Shown one piece after another: positions 40,766-50,896 of a stretch of DNA of 64,000 nucleotides. The DNA is from an uncultured Actinomycetes bacterium (GTDB lineage Bacteria; SZUA-79; Acidulodesulfobacterales; Acidulodesulfobacteraceae). A program made the position numbers and the translations under genes. The stretch spans positions 158,127 to 222,126 of the forward strand of contig CAZVZU010000003.1 of NCBI GenBank assembly GCA_964631685.1, read 5' to 3'. Positions within the stretch are counted from its first letter, which is position 1. Every line of letters begins with the position of its first letter. The notes under the pieces are model-generated. The model ran no database searches. It had not been told where the DNA came from and saw only the letters and a list, made by a program, of their open reading frames with translations.

Positions 40766-41134
40766 ATGCTTACAAGTTCTTATATTTCCATAGGTATTGC
40801 CGTTATGTTTACATCTATCGGTCAGGTTTTGCAAAAAATTGGTTCCGGTAGGGTAAAAAGTGAACATTTAAAAATAGGCATAAGGTCTGTCCTTGTTTTT
40901 TTTAACCCCTTTATATTTATTGCCTTGATAGCGCTTTTCTTCGCAATGCTATTTTATCTCCTTGCCCTGTCTATTCTTCCTTTATCCATTGCATACCCGA
41001 TGCTTTCTAGTGGTTATGTTATTGTGGTTCTATTGTCGAAAATATTTTTAAAAGAAGATGTTAGTCTTAGGAGATGGTTCGGGGTTTTTGTTATAATTGT
41101 GGGGATATTTATTATATTTAATTCTGGGAAGTAA
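40766..41134 (+). CDS. Small DMT/EamA (ArnE/ArnF-like) membrane protein
   Basis: 4 TM helices; GQVLQK, LPLSIAYP, LKEDVS..RW.G. Confidence 0.75.
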   Translation: MLTSSYISIGIAVMFTSIGQVLQKIGSGRVKSEHLKIGIRSVLVFFNPFIFIALIALFFAMLFYLLALSILPLSIAYPMLSSGYVIVVLLSKIFLKEDVSLRRWFGVFVIIVGIFIIFNSGK

Positions 41135-41150
41135 ACAATTCTGGTTTTTT

Positions 41151-41930
41151 ATGAAATTATTTTCTACTAAGGCATTTATAATATATACTAAAAAATTAAA
41201 CGATGCCGATATGCTTTTAGGCTACGTTACCGAGAATTATGGAAAGATTACCTGTTTTGCTAATAATGCAAGAAAAAGCAGAAAGAGATTTCTAGGTAAA
41301 TTAGAGCCTGCTATGCTCACGACTATAAAGTTTTACAATAAGCCCGGCATGACTATAGACATTTTGTATGAAGCAGATATAATCGAAGATTACTCAAATG
41401 TGAGGAAGAATATAGATACATACCTTTTCTTGACCAAAATTACGGAGGTTTCAAGGATTTTATGCCAGGAAAGAGACGATAATAAAGATATTTTTTATCT
41501 TATTAAGGCGTTGTATTCCGGTCTCAATAAGATTGATTCAAAGAGCTTTGCCCCTGATTATTCCATGAGTGCCGAATTGTGCAAATATGAGATTTATTTT
41601 ATATCCAATTTGTTAAATTATGAGGGGATATTCCCTAATTTTGTCACATGTACTATTTGTTCGGAGAGTAATTCTTATAATAATTTTTCCTTTAGTTTGA
41701 AAAGAGGCGGCGTGGTTTGTAAATCTTGCATTGATTCTGAAAATAGATTCGAAATAAAGAAAATACCTGTTAATTTCATAAATCTATCTAAATTAATGAT
41801 AGAATCGGACTTATCGATCATAAACAAGTTAGTTGTCAAAGCAGAATTGTTGCGAGAGTGTTCCGTTTTTCTCACGGATTTTTTGGAATTTCACACGGGA
41901 AGAAGGCTGAAATCCTTTAAAAAATTTTAA
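41151..41930 (+). CDS. recO: DNA repair protein RecO
   Basis: DADMLL..TENYGKI..ANNARKSRKRF, Zn finger CTIC..GGVVCKSC, C-terminal LKS. Confidence 0.9.
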   Translation: MKLFSTKAFIIYTKKLNDADMLLGYVTENYGKITCFANNARKSRKRFLGKLEPAMLTTIKFYNKPGMTIDILYEADIIEDYSNVRKNIDTYLFLTKITEVSRILCQERDDNKDIFYLIKALYSGLNKIDSKSFAPDYSMSAELCKYEIYFISNLLNYEGIFPNFVTCTICSESNSYNNFSFSLKRGGVVCKSCIDSENRFEIKKIPVNFINLSKLMIESDLSIINKLVVKAELLRECSVFLTDFLEFHTGRRLKSFKKF

Positions 41931-41952
41931 CAATAACATAAATAAGAAAGAT

Positions 41953-43395
41953 ATGAAATATGATAAGAACAAAATATTGAGGAAATTTCCTAGCGTACAG
42001 GAGATTCTTGAACATAAGGATGTAAAGTTAATGACAAGAGGATTCCCTTATAACTTTGTAAAAGAAAGGCTTAATATTTTAATGAAGCAAGAAAAGAATC
42101 ATATTTTAAATCTTTTAAGTACAAGCCCCGAGGATATCGATGAAGAAAGATTTAAGATTGCGTATTTAGCGACTAAGCTTCAAAATGATTTAAATAATTT
42201 CTCCTTCAGTTTAAAAAAGGTCGTGAATGGAACCGGTGTCGTTATCCATACGAATCTGGGTCGTTCCATTTTGCCCGATAGCGCCATTAAAAATGTAGCA
42301 AAAATATCATCGTCCTATTCCAACTTAGAATTTAATTTAACGGAGGGCAAAAGGGGCAAGAGGTATGTGCATGTAGATTATTTACTTCAAAAAATTTTAG
42401 GATGTGAGAGCGCCATTGTTGTGAATAATAATGCGGCAGCCGTTTTCATGTCGCTTTCATCATTTTGCGCGGGACAAAAAAAAGAGGTTATAGTCTCTAG
42501 GGGGGAATTAATAGAAATCGGCGGTTCGTTCAGAATACCAGACATAATGAAGGCTTCTGGCGCTACATTAATTGAAGTTGGAACAACAAACAAGACAAAG
42601 CCGATAGATTACGAGAATAATATCAATGAAAACACCGGCCTCCTATTAAAGGTACATCACAGCAATTTTAAGATGAGAGGTTTTGTTGGTGAATTATCTA
42701 GCGGGGACATTGTTGCCATAGGCAAAAAATACCATGTACCTGTTATGGAGGATCTTGGATCAGGTAGCTTTATAGACATAGAAAGGTTTGGTTTGCCGCA
42801 TGAACCCACCGTGCAAGAGGTCGTAGATGCCGGAGTGGACATTATTACATTTAGCGGAGATAAGCTTTTAGGCGGACCTCAGGGGGGAATAATAGCCGGA
42901 AAAAAAGAATACGTAGATCTAATTGCATCAAATCCTTTAAATAGAGCGTTCAGGATAGATAAAATGACCCTTGCGGCACTTGAATCCGTTCTATTCGAAT
43001 ATTTAGACATAGAAAGTGCTGTAAAAAGGATACCCACGCTTTTTTTTCTTTCGCAACGCAGCAAAGATATTAAAAAAAGGGCATTAAAGCTTTTAAATAA
43101 AATTAAAAAACTTGAATCTATAAAGAGAAATATATACAATCTTAAAATGGTAGAAGATTTAAGTATTGTGGGGGGCGGGGCGCTGCCTGATTACGAACTC
43201 AAAACATATTCGTTAAGTATTACTTGTACCGTGATGAGTGCCGGTAAGTTAAGCAGAATACTTCGCAACGTCCGTATTCCCGTTATAGGAAAAATAAAAA
43301 ATGATGAATTTCTAATCGATGTCAGAACGGTTCTAGAGTCTGATTTTGGAGATATAATTCAAGCATTGGAGTTTGTAGCAAATATAGATGAATGA
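41953..43395 (+). CDS. selA: L-seryl-tRNA(Sec) selenium transferase
   Basis: VNGTGVVIHTNLGRS, VNNNAAA, SRGELIEIGGSFRIP, EDLGSG, FSGDKLLGGPQ. Confidence 0.97.
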   Translation: MKYDKNKILRKFPSVQEILEHKDVKLMTRGFPYNFVKERLNILMKQEKNHILNLLSTSPEDIDEERFKIAYLATKLQNDLNNFSFSLKKVVNGTGVVIHTNLGRSILPDSAIKNVAKISSSYSNLEFNLTEGKRGKRYVHVDYLLQKILGCESAIVVNNNAAAVFMSLSSFCAGQKKEVIVSRGELIEIGGSFRIPDIMKASGATLIEVGTTNKTKPIDYENNINENTGLLLKVHHSNFKMRGFVGELSSGDIVAIGKKYHVPVMEDLGSGSFIDIERFGLPHEPTVQEVVDAGVDIITFSGDKLLGGPQGGIIAGKKEYVDLIASNPLNRAFRIDKMTLAALESVLFEYLDIESAVKRIPTLFFLSQRSKDIKKRALKLLNKIKKLESIKRNIYNLKMVEDLSIVGGGALPDYELKTYSLSITCTVMSAGKLSRILRNVRIPVIGKIKNDEFLIDVRTVLESDFGDIIQALEFVANIDE

Positions 43396-43482
43396 GAGTT
43401 TCGGTGTTTATTTTATTGATTTACTGATATAATGACGATAATGGTATTGTAATGCGTTTATAAATATTATTCGGGTAAAAAT

Positions 43483-44082
43483 ATGCTCTCGTCAAGCGTT
43501 CTTGTTTTAAACAAATCTTTTCTGCCCGTTCATGTTACATCATTAAAGAGGGCTTTGGTTCTTCTTTATCAAGGCGTTGCTAATGCTGTGGATGTGAACT
43601 ATAGGACATTTAGTTTTGATTCATGGCGAAGCCTTGCTGTTATCGAAAAGTCTAAATCAATCGGACTCATAGATAGAATTATTAGGGCACCGAGGGTAGT
43701 AATCCTTGTTAATTACAATAAATTGCCCAAAAGATATATAAAATTTTCTAGGGCGAATATATTTTTGAGGGATAAAAATAAATGTCAGTATTGTGGCAAA
43801 GAATTTAGGAAAAGTGAGTTAAATCTGGATCATGTTGTTCCAAGAACACACGGCGGTGTTTCATCATGGGAAAATGTAGTGTGCAGTTGTATTTCTTGTA
43901 ATAGAAATAAGGGTGGCAGAACGCCTGAAGGGGCGGGGGTGAAGCTTATTAGAAAACCGAGAAAGCCAGCATGGTCTCCTTATTACCACATATCCCTCAC
44001 AAATATCATGTATAAAGAGTGGATGCCGTTTCTGGGACTTGTAGATAGTGCCTATTGGCATTTAGAGTTAGAGGAATCATAA
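43483..44082 (+). CDS. HNH endonuclease (McrA-like)
   Basis: VLVLN, RANIFLRD..CQYCG, DHVVPR..GG..WENVVCSC..CN..KG..TP. Confidence 0.92.
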   Translation: MLSSSVLVLNKSFLPVHVTSLKRALVLLYQGVANAVDVNYRTFSFDSWRSLAVIEKSKSIGLIDRIIRAPRVVILVNYNKLPKRYIKFSRANIFLRDKNKCQYCGKEFRKSELNLDHVVPRTHGGVSSWENVVCSCISCNRNKGGRTPEGAGVKLIRKPRKPAWSPYYHISLTNIMYKEWMPFLGLVDSAYWHLELEES

Positions 44083-44094
44083 ATAAAACACCGC

Positions 44095-44928
44095 GTGGTA
44101 TATTCAAAAACATACGCAAGGTTACAAGCATCAATGTATACAAATTTGATAAATGACATATTTAGCCCTTTCGAAGGTATCGGCAGGTTCGTATTAAAAA
44201 CAATAGATGAATTGGGTTCCCTTGTTATTTACCTTTGGGAATCCATTCTTTCCATATTTAGGTACTCTGTAAATTTAGACAATCTAATTGATCAAATGAT
44301 GTTTATCGGCATGGATTCATTCTATGTTGTTGCTTTAACAGGTCTTTTTACTGGCATGGTCTTGTCGCTTCAAGCTTATTACGCAGCTAAAATCGTCGGT
44401 GTGACTTATATGATAGGCCCAACAATAGCCTTATCCATGACAAGAGAACTTGGTCCGGTTTTGACTGCCCTCATGATAACTGCAAGATGTGGCTCGTCCA
44501 TGGCTTCAGAAATTGGAACAATGAAGGTAACGGAACAGGTGGATGCACTTGAAGTTATGGCTGTTGACCCTTACTATTATCTTTCTGTCCCGCGGATTAT
44601 GGCTTCCATGATTATGCTTCCCGTGATGACTATATTATGTTCCCTTATCGGTATAATGGGTGGTTATATTGTTTACGCCTATTTTTTAGGGCTTAATCAT
44701 GTTGTTTTTATGGAAAGAATATATCAGTACATAAAACTGAGCGACATATACAACGGCCTTTTGAAAGCAGTTTTCTTCGGTATAATACTTGCGACCATAA
44801 GTACATTTAAGGGTTTTGAGACCACCGGCGGTTCAAAGGGTGTTGGTCGTTTTACTACCCAAGCCGTAGTATTAAGCTCCATATATATTCTTCTTGCGGA
44901 CTATGTCCTTACAGCTATCTTTTTTTAA
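44095..44928 (+). CDS. mlaE: MlaE family ABC permease (start may be ATG44134)
   Basis: RELGPVLTAL, SEIGTMKVTEQVDAL, GVGRFTTQAVV. Confidence 0.93.
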   Translation: MVYSKTYARLQASMYTNLINDIFSPFEGIGRFVLKTIDELGSLVIYLWESILSIFRYSVNLDNLIDQMMFIGMDSFYVVALTGLFTGMVLSLQAYYAAKIVGVTYMIGPTIALSMTRELGPVLTALMITARCGSSMASEIGTMKVTEQVDALEVMAVDPYYYLSVPRIMASMIMLPVMTILCSLIGIMGGYIVYAYFLGLNHVVFMERIYQYIKLSDIYNGLLKAVFFGIILATISTFKGFETTGGSKGVGRFTTQAVVLSSIYILLADYVLTAIFF

Positions 44929-45042
44929 TATACGAAACCGGTTGGGTTAATTTATAGAGCATAGTCGCAATAGGTAATAGTATATAGAGTTAATTGATTA
45001 ATTGAATATTAAGGTATATAATTTAATACATATTGAGTTGAA

Positions 45043-45795
45043 ATGATTATTCTTAAGCAGTTGACAAAAACATTTAACGGCATTAAGGTGCTGGATAATT
45101 TAAATATAAAGTTTGACGACCAAAAGATCACTGTTGTAATAGGTAGGAGCGGTGGCGGTAAAAGTGTTATGCTTAAGCATATAATAGGCTTACTAAGTCC
45201 GGATTCAGGTGAAGTTTTAGTTAACGGCATAGATATTAATGCACTAAAAAGAAAAGAACTTAATGAAATCAGGAAACGGTTCGGAATGGTTTTTCAAGAT
45301 GGGGCGCTCTTTGATTCCATAAATGTGTTTGAAAATATAGCGTTTCCGGTAAGACAGCACACCGAGTTCAATGAAAATAAGATTAGAGATATGGTATTTG
45401 CTATGCTTGGAGATGTAGGGTTGAGCGGGCAAGAATTAAAGATGCCATCAGAAATTTCTGGTGGCATGAGAAAGAGGGTGGGTGTTGCGAGAGCCCTGAT
45501 ACTTAACCCTGAAATAGTTCTTTTTGACGAACCAACCACGGGACTTGATCCTATAATGTCTGATGTAATAAATAATTTAATTTTATCAATGCGCGATAAG
45601 TTTAAATTTACGGGAATAGTGATTAGTCATAATATGGAGGGCGCATACAAAACCGGTGATGTTATAGCGATGCTTCACGATGGTCATATTATTCAGAGGG
45701 GAACCGTTGCGGAGATTAAAAATTCAAATAATCCTATTGTTAACCAATTCGTTACGGGGAGTATGAACGGCCCTATAAATCTTAATATAACTTGA
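45043..45795 (+). CDS. mlaF: MlaF family ABC ATPase
   Basis: GRSGGGKS, FQDGALFDS, ISGGMRKRV, DEPTTGLDP. Confidence 0.93.
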   Translation: MIILKQLTKTFNGIKVLDNLNIKFDDQKITVVIGRSGGGKSVMLKHIIGLLSPDSGEVLVNGIDINALKRKELNEIRKRFGMVFQDGALFDSINVFENIAFPVRQHTEFNENKIRDMVFAMLGDVGLSGQELKMPSEISGGMRKRVGVARALILNPEIVLFDEPTTGLDPIMSDVINNLILSMRDKFKFTGIVISHNMEGAYKTGDVIAMLHDGHIIQRGTVAEIKNSNNPIVNQFVTGSMNGPINLNIT

Positions 45796-45797
45796 TT

Positions 45798-47372
45798 ATG
45801 AAATTAAATAAAGAAACTAAGGTAGGTATTTTTACCGTATTCGTTTTGTTGATTCTTGCTTATTTTTCCTTTAAGGTCGGCAGAATTCATGTTTTTAAAC
45901 GGCCTACTTACATTATATCGGCTTATTTTGAGTCCGCAAACGGCATAGGCAAGGGGGTTGAGGTTACCATGGCGGGAATAAGAATAGGTTCGGTCGAAAA
46001 GATTAATTTAGAACGCGGCAAGGCTAGGGTATATATGGCTATTTTTTCAAGGTATAAAGTTTATCCGCAATATGTTGCATCTATAAGGTCGAAAAGCCTG
46101 CTAGGGGAAAGTTATATATCGATCACACCTATCACCGGTGATTATTCTTCCGTGTCGGGAGTGTCTTTGAATAAGGAAACCATAAAAAGCGTTGTGTCAC
46201 CCCAAAACATGTCTGCGCTTATTTTAAAGTTTGCCGACACCGCTGATAATTTAGAGAAGGTTTCAAGATCACTTAAGAATTCTATCGGAACAAAAACCGG
46301 AGAAAAAAACATAAAGGCTATTCTGCATAATATTGCGACACTTTCTAACAATTTAAACAGACTCGTCTATATCAACCAAAGAAATGTTAATACAATCATG
46401 TCTAATTTTGCGTCTATTTCAAGGCATATAAATAGCCTGACCGTTCAAAATGATGCGGCCATAACAAGGACAATTCGTAATTTTAATATAATATCGGATA
46501 ATTTAAGGGTGGAACTTCCCTCTATCACGAAAAATATAAAGGGACTATCTAAGAATTTAAACTATATAGTAGCCAAAAATAAGGATAATATTAATGAAAG
46601 TCTTAGAAACATTAATGTTGACACAAAAAAACTACAGCTATCTTTAAACGAATTATACGGCATATCTTCAAAAATCAACAATGGACAGGGGACAATCGGA
46701 AAACTTGTAAACAACGATTCGGTATATAATAATTTGAACGGCTCTCTTAAAGGCATTAATGAGTTGGTCGGAGGCTACAATCAATTTAAGATCAGGGTTA
46801 ATATGAATTCCAGATATCTTTTTAAGAGTAATGGTTCTATTTCCCAGGTAAACGTTGAATTACAACCGTCTCCCGGTCATTATTACGAGCTTGGAGTAGC
46901 ATCGGTACCAATGGATTACGGCACAACCTATGGTGAGACCAAAACTACTACATACACCACTAATAGCCCACCTTCAGGGCAGTTTTATCCATCAAGTGTG
47001 ATTACGCATACAACCAGATATACTTATTCTAATGGTATTAAAATAAATGCTTTGATAGCTAAGAATTTCTATAACTTTACTTTTCTTGCTGGTTTATTAT
47101 ATTCCACGGGCGGAGTAGGGGTTAATTATTATGTTCCAAATACAAATAAAAATCTTATGCTGGATGCGAGGGTGTTTGGTTTTAATACCAATAGTAACGG
47201 TGCTAGTGAGTATGTTAATGCCGGTTTATCTTATTCATTCTACAAGCATCTCTTTTTGAATATCGGGTACGACGACATCTTTAACGCAAATAGGTCTGTT
47301 TATTTAGGTGGTGGCATTAAATTCACCGATAAAGATCTTAGATATCTAATGCTTAGTGGTAAAATGCCGTAA
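45798..47372 (+). CDS. mlaD: MCE/MlaD family protein with long helical region and C-terminal beta-rich domain
   Basis: ETKVGIF TM anchor, MCE motif G..V.MAGIRIGSV and LLGESYI; GTIGKLVN; aromatic beta-strand-like C-terminus. Confidence 0.85.
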   Translation: MKLNKETKVGIFTVFVLLILAYFSFKVGRIHVFKRPTYIISAYFESANGIGKGVEVTMAGIRIGSVEKINLERGKARVYMAIFSRYKVYPQYVASIRSKSLLGESYISITPITGDYSSVSGVSLNKETIKSVVSPQNMSALILKFADTADNLEKVSRSLKNSIGTKTGEKNIKAILHNIATLSNNLNRLVYINQRNVNTIMSNFASISRHINSLTVQNDAAITRTIRNFNIISDNLRVELPSITKNIKGLSKNLNYIVAKNKDNINESLRNINVDTKKLQLSLNELYGISSKINNGQGTIGKLVNNDSVYNNLNGSLKGINELVGGYNQFKIRVNMNSRYLFKSNGSISQVNVELQPSPGHYYELGVASVPMDYGTTYGETKTTTYTTNSPPSGQFYPSSVITHTTRYTYSNGIKINALIAKNFYNFTFLAGLLYSTGGVGVNYYVPNTNKNLMLDARVFGFNTNSNGASEYVNAGLSYSFYKHLFLNIGYDDIFNANRSVYLGGGIKFTDKDLRYLMLSGKMP

Positions 47373-47386
47373 ATCAATAATAAAAC

Positions 47387-48442
47387 ATGACTTCAAAGAA
47401 ATATAAACTCACAAGTTTAACAAATGCACATGGCTGAGGGTGTAAGATAGGTCCGGAGGACCTTTCCGCGATCCTTAATGAGTTACCTGTGCCCAAAAAC
47501 GATAATGTTCTTGTCGGGTTTGGATATAAGGATGACGCTGGTGTTTATAAAATAACCGATGATACGTGTCTTATACAGACTGTAGATTTTTTTACGCCAG
47601 TAGTGGACGATCCTTATATCTTCGGACAGATTGCGGCTGCAAATGCTCTTTCAGATATTTATGCAATGGGCGGAAGGCCGATAACGGCTTTAAATATCAC
47701 ATGTTTTCCTATAGATAAAATTGATAAGGATGCTTTTAACAAGATACTTCTCGGTGGTCTTGATAAAATCAATGAGTCTGGTGCCGCGCTTCTGGGTGGA
47801 CATTCTGTTGACGATAAAGAGCTTAAATATGGGCTTAGCGTTACGGGAGTCTGTGATATAAATGGAATTTACTCTAATAAGGGGGCACTGCCAGGAGATA
47901 TTTTATATCTGACTAAAAGTCTTGGAACGGGGTTTATTGTCAGCGCTATCTGTACGGATTTTTTAGAAGAGGATTCGTTAAGTGAAGCATCTTTTTCAAT
48001 GTTAAAACTTAATAAGCGGGCTTCGGAGATTTCTGTCTCCTTGAAATTACCAAACGCTTTAACAGATATTACGGGGTTTGGACTTATCGGGCACTTAGTT
48101 GAAATGATGATTGCGAGTAATGTCGCATGCGACATAAACATGAGCTTGCTGCCTAAGATTAAAGGTGCCGAAAGGCTTATAATGAAAGGTGTAAACCCTG
48201 CGGGGACCAAAAGGAACAAAAAATATTTTTCAAAATATGTAAGTATTGAAAAGAGTGTTGTAAATAGCTTAATCCTGCTTGCCTATGGAGCGGAAACGTC
48301 GGGTGGACTTGTGATTTCGGTGCCTGAGTTAAAATCAGAAAAAATAGAGGCTGCCTTTAAGGATGCAGGAGAATTGTTATTCAGGATTGGGGTTGTAACA
48401 AAAAATAAATTGAGAGATACTGCCCTTATTCATTTGCTTTGA
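47387..48442 (+). CDS. selD: Selenide, water dikinase (selenophosphate synthetase), itself a selenoprotein (Sec17)
   Basis: In-frame MTSKKYKLTSLTNAHG-U-GCKIGP from ATG47387 (TGA 47435-47437); DDAGVY, QTVDFFTP, NALSDIYAMGG, TDITGFGL, ETSGGL. Confidence 0.95.
47449..47463 (+). promoter_or_regulatory. SECIS hairpin of selD
   Basis: AGGTCC-GGA-GGACCT; loop begins after 17 nt downstream of the UGA. Confidence 0.75.
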
Positions 48443-48496
48443 TTGTTATAAGATAACGGCTGTATCACGGCATTGGCCTTATTATATTTTAATACG

Positions 48497-49753
48497 ATGC
48501 GAAATAGATATTTACTTGGAGTAGATCTTGGGACTACTGCAGTGGTTGCAGTCTTGTTGAGTCACGATAAATCCGTTATTTCAACCAAAAGCATACTTAA
48601 TTTACAATATCCCGAGTTTGGTCTTGATTCTGTCAAAAGAATACAAAATGGATTAGATCTAGATTCTGTAAAAAAATTACAGAGAAGGGCTATTTTAACC
48701 ATAAATGCCTTGTTAGATGATTTTAAAAAGGAATTTAAATTTGATTACGGTGATATTGAAATTGTTGCTATAGCTGGTAATACGGCTATGGAGATGGCCC
48801 TGTCGGGCTATCCTCTTATTTCGCTTGCAAGCCCTCCCTACAGACCTTCGGCCAATGTTAGCTTCCCGAGTAATACCTATTCTTTGCCAGGTTTTCATTT
48901 AAAAAAAGGGGAATTGTTTGTGTTTCCCATATTAGATGGGTTTGTCGGGGGAGACACCGTGGCATCCATTTATTATTTAGATATAGCAAAAAGAGATAAA
49001 CCCATTTTTATTGCCGATTTCGGAACAAATGTTGAAATAGTTATAGGGAATAAGCATAAAATATTTACCGCTTCGGCCCCTGCTGGTCCGGCATTCGAGG
49101 GCGGGAATATTAAATTTGGCATGACGGCATCCGAGGGCGCTATCGCCGATATCCATCTTAAAAATGGCGTATTTGAATTTAAAACAATAAACGGTGTTAA
49201 GCCGAAGGGAATTTGCGGAAGCGGAATAATGAGCCTTATGTATGAACTTTTAAGTGAAAATATTATAGATAGAACCGGAAGAATACTTCCGCCAGATTTA
49301 ATAGATTCCGAAAGTTACTCTGTAGTCAATGTAAGCAGCGATGAAAAAGAGGTCATTGTATATCTTGACGGTGAAATTAGTATAAAATTTTCTCAAGAGG
49401 ATGTTAGGCAGTTTCAACTTGCCAAATCGGCAGTCAAATCGGTTTCCGAAATCCTTCTGGAAAAATTTAAAATTTCTAGCGGTGATGACTTGGATATTTA
49501 TCTTTCAGGGGCGTTTGGTAGCCATATTAAGCCTGAGCTCGTCGATTTAATAGATATTTTCCCATTTAAGGATAAAAAAATAAATTTTATAAGCGATTCT
49601 TCCCTCTTGGGCTGTCAAAAATATATAACGTCGCAACCGGCTGAAAGAAAAAAAGATATAAGTGACATAATTATGATATCCAAAAATTTTCCTCTTTCAG
49701 GAAGCAAGCTTTTTGAAAAACATTTTATGAAGAATATATCGTTTTTGCCGTGA
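48497..49753 (+). CDS. ASKHA-domain ATPase, RACo/DUF4445 reductive activator of corrinoid proteins-like, lacking N-terminal Fe-S domain
   Basis: GVDLGTT, AGNTAM, GFVGGD, DFGTNVE, APAGPAFEG, GICGSG, QLAKSA, SGAFG. Confidence 0.85.
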   Translation: MRNRYLLGVDLGTTAVVAVLLSHDKSVISTKSILNLQYPEFGLDSVKRIQNGLDLDSVKKLQRRAILTINALLDDFKKEFKFDYGDIEIVAIAGNTAMEMALSGYPLISLASPPYRPSANVSFPSNTYSLPGFHLKKGELFVFPILDGFVGGDTVASIYYLDIAKRDKPIFIADFGTNVEIVIGNKHKIFTASAPAGPAFEGGNIKFGMTASEGAIADIHLKNGVFEFKTINGVKPKGICGSGIMSLMYELLSENIIDRTGRILPPDLIDSESYSVVNVSSDEKEVIVYLDGEISIKFSQEDVRQFQLAKSAVKSVSEILLEKFKISSGDDLDIYLSGAFGSHIKPELVDLIDIFPFKDKKINFISDSSLLGCQKYITSQPAERKKDISDIIMISKNFPLSGSKLFEKHFMKNISFLP

Positions 49754-50789
49754 GCTGTCCGCAACCGCCGTTTATAGATTGCGCCTTGGAAAATCTTGTT
49801 GTTACGGTAAACCCTGCTTTGAGTAATTTGGTCTTGAAATTGCTCAAAGCATTATCATCTGCCCTTTCGAAGTTCCTTAGAAATATGGAATCTTCCCCTT
49901 TGTTCAGTGGTATTAAGTTAAACTTTACCTTTGAGGGGGAAAATATTTTTTCAAGCTCTTTTGCATTGGAAATGTTGTCATTTATATCTTTAATCAATAC
50001 ATATTCTAGGGTTATTTTGTTATGAATAGATGGTTTTCTATCATTTATCAGATCGACGATATTTTTCAACGGAAATTTTTTATTGATGGGCATTAACTTA
50101 TTTCTCGTGGTATCATTTGAAGCGTTCAGGGATATAGCTATTTTGCAGTTGAATTTTTCGGCAATCTTGACCTTGTCCATAATGCCGCAGGTAGAGATAG
50201 TGATTTTACGCGGCGCTATGGAAAGAAAGTTATTGTCTGACATAATATCTACCGATTTTTCCACATTTGTTATATTGTCTAACGGTTCGCCCATACCCAT
50301 AAAAACAACATTTGTAATCCCCCCTTTTATATCCTCGTTTACTAACAATATCTGCGATAATATTTCACCGGATGAGAGGTTTCTGCTAAAGCCGAGTCCC
50401 GCCGTTTCACAAAACAGGCAACCCATTTTGCAACCGATTTGAGATGAAACACATAAAGTCCTTCTATCGCGATACTCTATTAGTACCGATTCTATGGTCC
50501 TATTATCGCGAAATCTTATTAAATATTTTCTTGAGTGACCGGCTCCATCCTCTTCATGTACCGTTTTTATTATTTCAGGAAGGTCGGTCTGAAAACAGTC
50601 CGTTAGTGTGTTTCTGAGCGGTTTTGAAATGTTGGTCATTTTGTTAAAATCAAAAATTCTATAAAAATAGACCCACCTCATTATTTGATGCGCATTGTAT
50701 TTTTTGAATCCATTTTTGACGCAAAATGTTTCCAATTCTTGCAGTGATTTGTCAAATATAGATAACCTGTTTTTATTTTTTGTGATCAT
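49725..50789 (-). CDS. rlmN: 23S rRNA (A2503-C2)/tRNA methyltransferase RlmN (radical SAM)
   Basis: CVSSQIGCKMGCLFC, FMGMGEP, ISLNA, EYVLI, GCGQL. Confidence 0.95.
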   Translation of the reverse strand: MITKNKNRLSIFDKSLQELETFCVKNGFKKYNAHQIMRWVYFYRIFDFNKMTNISKPLRNTLTDCFQTDLPEIIKTVHEEDGAGHSRKYLIRFRDNRTIESVLIEYRDRRTLCVSSQIGCKMGCLFCETAGLGFSRNLSSGEILSQILLVNEDIKGGITNVVFMGMGEPLDNITNVEKSVDIMSDNNFLSIAPRKITISTCGIMDKVKIAEKFNCKIAISLNASNDTTRNKLMPINKKFPLKNIVDLINDRKPSIHNKITLEYVLIKDINDNISNAKELEKIFSPSKVKFNLIPLNKGEDSIFLRNFERADDNALSNFKTKLLKAGFTVTTRFSKAQSINGGCGQLTAKTIYSS

Positions 50790-50896
50790 TTTTAAATAAA
50801 TTCTCGGCTTGTCTTAAATCGCAAAATATGGTAATTTTTAATGTATACACTTGATGGTACTATAACATTTTTTAAGGATTATTTAAATATTGCGCT

